A stretch of DNA of 34,121 nt, taken from the NCBI GenBank assembly GCA_050012655.1, contig JBEKGT010000002.1, forward strand, positions 1 to 34,121, given 5' to 3'. Made by a program: the position numbers and the translations under genes. Source of the DNA: Gemmatimonadales bacterium (GTDB lineage Bacteria > Gemmatimonadota > Gemmatimonadetes > Gemmatimonadales > JACORV01). This document shows positions 26,336-34,121 of the stretch, piece after piece (the stretch's first letter is position 1; every line of letters begins with the position of its first letter). A model generated the notes under the pieces. It was not told the origin of the DNA. It ran no database searches and was given only the letters and a program-made list of their open reading frames with translations.

Positions 26336-27295
26336 GTGCCAATCCGCACCCGCCCCGCCGCCCGCGCCGCCCGGCTCGCAGCCGCCGCCTTCCTCGCCGC
26401 GGCCGCTCTCGGCGGCTGCGCGAAGAAGGCCGCGACCACGCGCCCCCAGGTGGGCGTCACCCTCCTCACCGAGGCGCACGTCTTCTACCAGGACCTGAAG
26501 CGCGGGATGCAGCAGGCCGCCGACAGCCTCGGCGTGGACCTGCACATCGTCGCCGGGGAGTGGGACCTCGCCCGCCAGACGTCGCAGGTCGAGAACTTCA
26601 TCACACAGGGGATGGACGCGATCGTCATCGCGCCGGTGGATTCGCGCGGCATCGTGAGCGCGGTCGAGGAGGCGAACCACGCGAAGATCCCCGTCTTCAC
26701 CGCCGACATCGCGGCGGCGGGGGGCGACGTGACCGCGCACATCGCCTCCGACAACGCGCAGGGCGGGCGGCTGGTGGGCGAGTTCCTCGCGCGCCGCCTG
26801 GGCGGCCGGGGGAAGGTGGCGATCCTCGACCAGCCGACGGTGATGTCGGTCGTGGACCGGGTCCGGGGGTTCCGCGGGGCGCTGGCCCGCTACCCCGGCA
26901 TCACAATCGTGGCCGCGCCCGCGGTGGAGCGCGGATTGCGCGAGGTCGCCAAACAGAAGACCGACAACCTCCTCCAGTCGCACCCCGACCTCACCGCCAT
27001 CTTCGGGAGCAACGACGACTGCGCGCTGGGCGCCCTCGCCTCGATCCGCGCGACGGGAAAGAGCGGGATCGTGATCGTCGGGTTCGACGCGACGCCGGAG
27101 GCGCAGGCTGCGATCCGCGAAGGGTCGCCCCTCCTCGCCGACGCGATCCAGTATCCGCTGGCGATCGGCCGGAGGACCGTCGAGGCGATCGTGGCGCGGC
27201 TTCACGGCCGGGCGGTGCCCCGGCTGATCCCGATCGCCGTCGGCATCGTGGACCGGGACTCGCTGGCCGCCGCCCCCGCGACGCCGGCACACTAA
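26336..27295 (+). CDS. sugar ABC transporter substrate-binding lipoprotein (RbsB-like, Peripla_BP_4)
   Basis: ORF trimmed to the GTG at 26336, 7 nt after AGGAG. Lipobox AAALGGC. Typical blocks: QVGVTLLTEAHVFYQDLKRG, DAIVIAPVDS, IPVFTADI, IASDNAQGG and FGSNDDCALGA. Confidence 0.85.
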   Translation: MPIRTRPAARAARLAAAAFLAAAALGGCAKKAATTRPQVGVTLLTEAHVFYQDLKRGMQQAADSLGVDLHIVAGEWDLARQTSQVENFITQGMDAIVIAPVDSRGIVSAVEEANHAKIPVFTADIAAAGGDVTAHIASDNAQGGRLVGEFLARRLGGRGKVAILDQPTVMSVVDRVRGFRGALARYPGITIVAAPAVERGLREVAKQKTDNLLQSHPDLTAIFGSNDDCALGALASIRATGKSGIVIVGFDATPEAQAAIREGSPLLADAIQYPLAIGRRTVEAIVARLHGRAVPRLIPIAVGIVDRDSLAAAPATPAH

Positions 27296-27343
27296 GGCGG
27301 CGGTCGGCGGCTTGCCCGACGGCGGCCGGCCCCTAGATTGCGC

Positions 27344-28814
<1,471 letters not shown>

Positions 28815-28905
28815 CCGCCGGCCCGGCGGTGACGATCCGGTGACGCGCCCCGCCTAGTTTGGCCCCGCGGTCGAGCCGCGAGGCCGCGCGAGCGAAGCGG
28901 CGGAC

Positions 28906-28933
28906 GGCCCTCTCCGGAACCTCGGGGAGGGCC
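28906..28933 (+). terminator. GC-rich hairpin in the thiC-fdxA spacer (possible thiC terminator)
   Basis: GGCCCTCTCCG-gaacct-CGGGGAGGGCC, an 11-bp stem with one G-U pair. No U-tract. Confidence 0.3.
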
Positions 28934-29066
28934 GCCCTCACCTCCGGCCCCGCGGCGCGCTCTTTGCGGATGTCCCCCGCGGACGCACTTGACAGTGCGG
29001 AAGGCCGAGAGCCAATCTTCGCGGACCTGAGCCGTACCGAGCCCGCCGTACTTGGAGGAGCCTTCG

Positions 29067-29339
29067 ATGCCGTACATAGTCTGTGAGCCGTGCATCAACG
29101 TGAAGGACAAAGCCTGCGTCGAGGTCTGCCCCGTCGACTGCTTCTACGAAGACGAGAAGATGCTCTACATCCACCCCGACGAGTGCATCGACTGCGGGGC
29201 GTGCGAGCCGGAGTGCCCGGTGAGCGCGATCTTCCCCGAGGAGGATGTTCCGCCGCAGTGGAAGGACTTCATCGCGCTGAACAAGGACATCTTCCAGGGC
29301 CCGAACCCGCCCGGCAAACCGACGAAGAAGGAGCACTAG
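29067..29339 (+). CDS. fdxA: 7Fe ferredoxin ([3Fe-4S][4Fe-4S], FdxA type)
   Basis: ORF trimmed to the ATG at 29067, 6 nt after [35 protein letters not shown]...[24 protein letters not shown] has the CxxCx7CxxxCP plus CxxCxxCxxxCP pattern of FdxA. Confidence 0.9.
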   Translation: MPYIVCEPCINVKDKACVEVCPVDCFYEDEKMLYIHPDECIDCGACEPECPVSAIFPEEDVPPQWKDFIALNKDIFQGPNPPGKPTKKEH

Positions 29340-29369
29340 GCGCCGCGCGCCACGCGGCCCTGACGCACC

Positions 29370-29399
29370 GAAGCCCCGGGGGCGCGCCCCCGGGGCTTC
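29370..29399. terminator. palindromic hairpin between convergent genes (bidirectional terminator candidate)
   Basis: GAAGCCCCGGGGGCGCGCCCCCGGGGCTTC, a fully self-complementary 30-mer between the fdxA stop (29339) and the stop of the minus-strand gene (29431). Confidence 0.55.
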
Positions 29400-29430
29400 G
29401 TCGTCTCCGGCCCGCACCGGCGCGTGCCGC

Positions 29431-29967
29431 TCACCCTCCTCGGCCGCGCCCTTCCTTCCCCGCCACGTCGCGCAGCCCGTCCACCACGGTGCGCATGTCC
29501 TGCTGAATACGGTCGAGTTCGTGCGCCGCCCGCGCACGGTCCATCTCGCCGGACGCCACGCGGACCGCGATGCGGTTGAGTTGCCTCCCCTTCTCCAGCA
29601 GGTCGTCGAGGAGGGCGCGCAGCGCGAAGTAGCGGCGCCTCTCGTCGAACGACACCTTGAGCCGCCGGAGTATCTCCTCGTGCGGCAGGGCGCGCGCCTG
29701 GCTGAGCACGTCCTCCGCGGAGGAGCTGACGATCTCCTCCTTGTCCCACACCTCCGTGCCGCCTCGCTCGGAGAACCAGAGCCGACCGCGCCACCACGTC
29801 CCGTCGTCGAAGCGCAGCCGGATCATCACCCGCCACTGGAACCCCTCGGCGTTGAAGTAGCCGATGAACCCCTGGCGGTTGACGTCCCCCGGCGCGTCGG
29901 GGCCGCCCTCGGGGGGCTGGCCCGTCGCGCCCGAGCGGCGCAGGCCCTCCGGCGTGTTGCGGTTCAC
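29431..29967 (-). CDS. hypothetical protein (no family recognised)
   Basis: ORF 29431..30123 trimmed to the GTG at 29967, which overlaps the upstream stop as GTGA. The Trp/Arg-rich core IGYFNAEGFQWRVMIRLRFDDGTWWRGRLWFSERGGTEVWDKEEI is followed by a helical tail. The start is uncertain; an internal GTG or ATG is possible. Confidence 0.5.
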   Translation of the reverse strand: MNRNTPEGLRRSGATGQPPEGGPDAPGDVNRQGFIGYFNAEGFQWRVMIRLRFDDGTWWRGRLWFSERGGTEVWDKEEIVSSSAEDVLSQARALPHEEILRRLKVSFDERRRYFALRALLDDLLEKGRQLNRIAVRVASGEMDRARAAHELDRIQQDMRTVVDGLRDVAGKEGRGRGG

Positions 29968-31187
29968 CGGACGCGGTCCCTCGCGTGCTCGAGGAACTCC
30001 GCCATCACCCGGCTCACCGCGGTCGGCGCCTCCAGCGGCGCGAGGTGCCCCGCGCCGGAGATCACCGTCATCGCGGCCGAGGGGATCGCTCCGGTGAGCG
30101 CCTTCGCCACCGACGGCGGGCACAGTTCGTCCTCCTGCCCCACCACCACCAGCGCCGGCACGTCGATCGACGGCAGGAGCGGTGTGGAGTCGGCGCGGTC
30201 TCTCATGGCGCGCAGCGCGCCGACCATCCCGGCGACGGGGGTGCGTGCCATCATCTCCCGCACCTGCTCGACGAGGAGCGGCTGGGTCTGCTGCGTGGAT
30301 CGGCCGAGCACGCGCGGGAGCATGCGCTCCGCGACGGCGCGCGCGCCCTCCGCCTGGGCAAGCTGGATCATCGCGTCGCGCCCTGCGCGTCCCTCCGCGC
30401 TGTCCGCGTCGGCGCGGGTGTCCACAAGCACCACCCCCGCGACCCGGTCCCGATGGCGCCGCAGCATCTCGAACACCACGTAGCCGCCCATCGAGAGGCC
30501 CGCCACCACGGCCCGCGCGATCCCGAGCCGGTCGAGCAGCCGCACGAGGTCGTCAGCGTAGGTCGCCATCACGTAGCCCTCGGCCGGCGCGTCGGAGGCC
30601 CCCATGCCGCGCAGGTCGGGCGCGATGCGCCGCCAGCCGGAGAGCGTCGCCACCTGGTGCGCCCAGAGCGTCCGGTCGAGTGGGAAGCCGTGCACCAGTA
30701 GGAGCGCCGGGCCGTCGCCGCGGATGTCCGCCGCCAAGGTGACGTCGCTGACGTCGTAGCGCGCCATCTCCCCCGGCCTCGTGGACACGCGGCCCCCGAA
30801 CACTGCCGCGACCTCTTCGGGTACCGCCACCGGCCGTCCAGCGGCGTCGATCATCACGAACGTCAGCTGCGCCTCGGCGAGCAGTTCCCCATCGGCGCCA
30901 CGCACCGCGCGTTGCGACAGCGCGACCGACGTGCGCCCGAGCTTCTCAAGGCGCAGGTCCACCGTGAGGACGTCGCCGGGGAACGCCGGCTTGTGGAACT
31001 CCACGCTCGCGCGCCGCACTGCCGGCCACACGCCATGGCGCCGGAACAGGTCCGAGCCGGGACCGCGCGCCAGCGCCTCCCACCGGGCACGCTCGAAGAC
31101 GGTGAGGTACGCGGCCTCGTTCAGGTGGCCATACGCGTCGCACTCGTACGGATAGACGGTGATCTCGACGGGGGGCAGTCGGCTCAC
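29964..31187 (-). CDS. fusion protein: N-terminal 4HBT/YbgC-like hotdog thioesterase plus C-terminal alpha/beta hydrolase
   Basis: Hotdog part: VEITVYPYECDAYGHLNEAAYLTVFERARWEAL. Hydrolase part: LLLVHGFPLD, nucleophile elbow GLSMGG, and GAGHLAPLE with the catalytic His. The start is set to the GTG at 31187 (VSRLPPVEITVY). The ORF-track ATG at 31328 would add 47 low-complexity residues. Confidence 0.75.
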   Translation of the reverse strand: MSRLPPVEITVYPYECDAYGHLNEAAYLTVFERARWEALARGPGSDLFRRHGVWPAVRRASVEFHKPAFPGDVLTVDLRLEKLGRTSVALSQRAVRGADGELLAEAQLTFVMIDAAGRPVAVPEEVAAVFGGRVSTRPGEMARYDVSDVTLAADIRGDGPALLLVHGFPLDRTLWAHQVATLSGWRRIAPDLRGMGASDAPAEGYVMATYADDLVRLLDRLGIARAVVAGLSMGGYVVFEMLRRHRDRVAGVVLVDTRADADSAEGRAGRDAMIQLAQAEGARAVAERMLPRVLGRSTQQTQPLLVEQVREMMARTPVAGMVGALRAMRDRADSTPLLPSIDVPALVVVGQEDELCPPSVAKALTGAIPSAAMTVISGAGHLAPLEAPTAVSRVMAEFLEHARDRVR

Positions 31188-31541
31188 GGGCTCGCTGGGT
31201 CTGGTCGGGAGTGGAGGGGCGGCGCCGCCGCCGGAACCCCTTAACTTAATGCCGCGCCCTCCGGCCGCGCACCTCTGCGGCACACCCCTCCCGGGCCGGA
31301 CGGAGACTCCCCTGCGCCACAGGATCACCGGCCGCGAGGCGCGAGGTGGTATGCGCCAACCGGTCGCTGTAAAGTAAATGTCGTGTTGATGTGTCGATGA
31401 TGCATGTCACTGTCTTTACACTAACACGCCAGAAACATCACATTATCGACAAACGGAAGTACTCTGCAGGTGGATAGGTGGACAAGTCCCCTCTCGCGCA
31501 GTTGCGTCGGCCGGTCCGACGGGGCAACCTTCTAGCCGCCG

Positions 31542-32693
31542 ATGGTCAACGTGCTCCAGCGCCGCACCGCGCATCGCTATGTGAAGTCCCCCGCTGAGCT
31601 TGCCACACTGGTCAAGCGACTGGGGCGGGAGACGGAGCTCGCGGTGGACACCGAGGCGGCGAGCTTCCACCGGTTCATCGATCGCATCTACCTCATCCAG
31701 ATCTCGACCCACCATGAGAACGCCATCATCGACCCCCTGACCGTGGGCGACGTGGCGGCGCTCGGGGCGCTTCTCGCCGACCCTGCGATCGAGGTGGTCT
31801 TCCACGATGCCGACTACGACCTGAGGATCCTCGACCGCGACTACGGGATGCGGGCGCGGAAGCTGTTCGACACCCGGGTGGCCGCACAGCTCTTGGGTGA
31901 GCCCGCGGTCGGGCTCGCGGCGCTGCTCGAGAAGTACCTGGGGGTGCGGCTCGACAAGAAGTACCAGCGGGCCGATTGGTCGCGGCGGCCGCTGCCGCGC
32001 GAGATGCTGGAGTATGCCGCGCTCGACACGCAGCATCTCCTTCCGCTGCGCGACCGGCTGCGCGCCGAGCTCGACGCCAAAGGGCGCATGGCGTGGGCGG
32101 AGGAGGAGTTCGCGCGCATGGAGGGGGTGCGCTGGACGCCGGCGGCGACGAACGGCGATGCGGCACTGCGCCTCAAGGGGGCGCGTGCGCTCTCGCGCCG
32201 CGGCCTGGCGGTGCTCCAGCATCTGTGGCGCTGGCGTGAGTCGGTGGCCGCGGAACTGGACCGCGCGAGCTTCCGGGTGCTCTCGAACGAAGCGCTGCTC
32301 TCGGCCGCCGACGCGGCCCCGCGGAGCGCCGAGGCCCTGGAGGCCATCCGCGGCGTCTCGGAGCGACTCCTCGAGACCCGGGGAGACGCGATCCTCGCGG
32401 CGATCGAACGCGGACTGGCCGTACCGGACCGGGATCTCCCGCGGTTCCCGCGCGGCGAGCGGCGGGTCAGCGATCCCGCGTTCGACCGGCGCGTCGAGCG
32501 GCTCAAGACCACACGGAACGCGGCGGCGGCGAGCCTCGGCCTCGACCCCGGCGTGCTCTGCCCGAAAGGAACGCTCGAGGCGGTGGCGCGGGCCCGGCCA
32601 TCGTCAGCGGGAGGGCTCGGCGAGATCCCCGAGGTGCGCAGGTGGCAGGTCGAACTGCTCGGCGGGGACTTCCTGAAGGCGATGAGCGACTAG
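31542..32693 (+). CDS. rnd: ribonuclease D (DEDD 3'-5' exonuclease plus HRDC domain)
   Basis: Exo motifs LAVDTEAASF, VFHDADYDLRIL and YAALDTQHLL. HRDC-like region LQHLWRWRESVAAELDRASFRVLSNEALL. Confidence 0.9.
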   Translation: MVNVLQRRTAHRYVKSPAELATLVKRLGRETELAVDTEAASFHRFIDRIYLIQISTHHENAIIDPLTVGDVAALGALLADPAIEVVFHDADYDLRILDRDYGMRARKLFDTRVAAQLLGEPAVGLAALLEKYLGVRLDKKYQRADWSRRPLPREMLEYAALDTQHLLPLRDRLRAELDAKGRMAWAEEEFARMEGVRWTPAATNGDAALRLKGARALSRRGLAVLQHLWRWRESVAAELDRASFRVLSNEALLSAADAAPRSAEALEAIRGVSERLLETRGDAILAAIERGLAVPDRDLPRFPRGERRVSDPAFDRRVERLKTTRNAAAASLGLDPGVLCPKGTLEAVARARPSSAGGLGEIPEVRRWQVELLGGDFLKAMSD

Positions 32694-32989
32694 GAGAGGC
32701 CCAGGTAGGCCCGGACCTTGGGATCGATCCGCTCCGGCGTCCAGTAGGGCGACCACACCAACTCGACATCCGCCGCCGTCACCCCGTCCATCCCTTCGAG
32801 CGCCTTCTGGGCGTCGGAGATGATCTCCGCGCCGGAGGGGCAGCCGGGAGAGGTCAGCGTCATCTGGACGTGCACGTCGCCGCCGTCCACCGCGATCTCG
32901 TAGACGAGGCCGAGGTCGATGATGCTCAGGTTCAGCTCCGGGTCCTTCACTTTCCGCAGCGCTGTCCGGACGGCCTCTTCGTTCACCAT
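32690..32989 (-). CDS. DUF59/MIP18 family Fe-S assembly factor (SufT-like)
   Basis: 99 aa. VRTALRKVKDPELNLSIIDLGLVYEI...VQMTLTSPGCPSG is the signature of the DUF59 family. Strong SD (AAGGAGGGAAGAGG) upstream of the ATG. Convergent with rnd, with a 4-nt overlap. Confidence 0.85.
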   Translation of the reverse strand: MVNEEAVRTALRKVKDPELNLSIIDLGLVYEIAVDGGDVHVQMTLTSPGCPSGAEIISDAQKALEGMDGVTAADVELVWSPYWTPERIDPKVRAYLGLS

Positions 32990-33091
32990 CGTCCTCTTCC
33001 CTCCTTGTGTCTATCGCGGCTCACCCGCGGAACGCGCGCACGCCCTCGCGCGACCGGCCGGGAGCGGCCGGCCGGCCCCGGTCCGTGCGAG

Positions 33092-33954
33092 CTACCCCCA
33101 GATGCCGGGGATGTGCGCAGCGCAGTCCGGGCAGGTGCCCGCGCGCGTGACCCGCTGCTGCAGGATCGTGTAGCCGTAGCGCTCCACGAGCAGCCCGCCG
33201 CACCCGGGGCACCAGGTGTGCTCCCAGCGCCCGACCCGCCCCGGGAGGTTGCCGGCGTACACGAACTGCAGACCGACCTCCCGGCCCGTCTCACAGGCGC
33301 GGACGAGATCCTCGGCCGTGGTGTTCCGCCGATCGGTCATCCGGTAGTCCTGGTGGAACGCCGTCACGTGCCAAGGGATGTCCGGCGAGACGGCCGCGAC
33401 CGCCTCCGCCATCCTGCGCACGGCATCCCCCTGGTCATTGAATCCGGGGACCAGCAGCGTGACGACCTCGACCCAGAATCCCCGCTCGTGCGCCATCCGG
33501 ATGGAGTCGAGCACGTGCCGCAGCGTCCCGCCCAGCGTGCGGTAGGGGCGCTGCCGGCGGAGGTTTCGCGCAGCGACTGCGAGGTGAGCCAGTTCTGGCA
33601 GTAGCCGCAGTGGAAGTCGCAGCCGAGCATCCCGAAGGTGAGTGCGTCCGATCCCGGCAGCACGTGGAAGAAGGGCTTCTTCTCGATGGGATCGCACTGG
33701 AGCGCCACGACGTAGCCGTGCGGGACCTTCAGCACGCCGCCTTCGTTGTACCGCACGCGGCACACGCCCCGGCGGCCTCCGCGGATGAGGCAACGGTGCG
33801 CGCACGCGACGCAGCGCACGTCCCCGGGGCCCCCGTCGGGGTGCCACAGAGTGCCCGGCACGCTGAGGGAATCGAGGGCGTCCTGCAGGGTGCCCCCCGA
33901 AGCGCCGGCCCCCGCCACGAGGGCCGTGATCTTCCGGCCGTTGCCTCCCGCCAT
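33092..33954 (-). pseudogene. AmmeMemoRadiSam-system radical SAM enzyme gene, disrupted by an internal deletion plus frameshift
   Basis: The N-terminal part is in the frame of ORF 33364..34023: VRCVACAHRCLIRGGRRGVCRVRYNEGG, DPIEKKPFFHVLPGS, GCDFHCGYCQNWLTSQ. The C-terminal part is in the frame of ORF 33092..33847: YRTLGGTLRHVLDSIRMAHERGFWVEVVTLLVPGFND, PWHVTAFHQDYRM, FVYAGN, and a Cys-rich tail. The span from the ATG at 33954 to the stop is 863 nt, which is not a multiple of 3. The roughly 100 residues normally found between the CxxxCxxC motif and the ...Y..gg.l..Vl block are missing. Confidence 0.7.
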
Positions 33955-34013
33955 AGAAGCGAAAGGTCGCCCGGCGCTTGCCGGGGCGCCAGTTCGCCCC
34001 TTAGGATGCCGGG

Positions 34014-34121
34014 GTGACGACACACCGCATCGTCCCCATCGGCCTCGCGGCGCTGCTGGCCGCGGTGGCCCTCCCCGCCGCGGCCCAGGCGCCGCGGCCC
34101 GCCTCCCTCCCCGCGATCGAC
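34014..34121 (+). CDS. 5' end of a secreted protein gene (signal peptide only; continues beyond the window)
   Basis: GTG at 34014, then VTTHRIVPIGLAALLAAVALPAAAQAPRPASLPAID, open to the window end. This is a classic Sec signal with AAQA. It is too short for the ORF track. Confidence 0.35.
   Translation, partial: MTTHRIVPIGLAALLAAVALPAAAQAPRPASLPAID

Noticed and set aside
31329-31541. Possible tRNA or other structured RNA gene in the long intergenic region
   Set aside because: I could fold no cloverleaf, no conserved T-loop (GTTCRANYC) or D-loop elements are present, and the core is AT-rich, unlike tRNAs of a high-GC organism. The region is left as an unexplained finding.
33092-34023. ORFs 33364..34023 and 33092..33847 as two independent overlapping genes
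   Set aside because: Each ORF is homologous to radical SAM proteins only in the part that does not overlap the other: the N-terminal third of 33364..34023 and the C-terminal part of 33092..33847. The remaining overlapping stretches read as out-of-frame nonsense. Together the two homologous parts form one disrupted AmmeMemoRadiSam-type gene.

Overview
High-GC (about 70%) bacterial chromosomal window. It is densely coding and mostly housekeeping. The phylum cannot be fixed from sequence alone, and a Gemmatimonadota-like origin is only a guess. I saw no rRNA, tRNA, CRISPR array, transposase or integrase. Gene content from left to right: (1) the 3' part of queG. (2) A minus-strand five-gene operon: a YtrA-type GntR regulator, an ABC ATPase, a multi-TM membrane protein and two unknown doubly anchored Cys-motif proteins. 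Upstream of it lies a palindromic operator overlapping a TTGACA-N18-TACTGT promoter. (3) A Nif3-family gene whose 3' UTR is a heptanucleotide minisatellite of Shine-Dalgarno-like boxes. It is preceded by a C-terminal remnant of a BMP-family lipoprotein gene and an AT-rich island. (4) Two parS sites followed by a tightly coupled parA-parB-M23 peptidase-bactofilin operon. (5) A NatAB-like ABC exporter. (6) The sufR-sufB-sufC-sufD-sufS-sufU operon, whose near-consensus promoter implies a leaderless sufR. (7) A secreted protein that looks like an M1 peptidase lacking its zinc ligands. (8) A plus-strand CUT2 (ribose-type) sugar ABC operon with a signal-peptide-bearing GH38 alpha-mannosidase inserted between the permease and the binding lipoprotein. 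(9) A TPP riboswitch with terminator, then thiC. (10) A 7Fe ferredoxin gene, fdxA. (11) A hotdog thioesterase fused to an alpha/beta hydrolase, plus a coupled unknown gene. (12) rnd. (13) A DUF59/SufT-like gene. (14) An AmmeMemoRadiSam-type radical SAM gene broken by an internal deletion and frameshift. (15) The first 36 codons of a secreted protein. I found no clear defence-like or obviously new multi-gene system. The best unexplained items are the two Cys-motif proteins appended to the YtrA/ABC operon, the SD-like heptamer array, the two AT-rich islands and the disrupted radical SAM gene. CDS ends come from the supplied ORF track, with starts re-derived by codon arithmetic. Non-CDS coordinates were indexed by hand and may be off by 1-2 nt.
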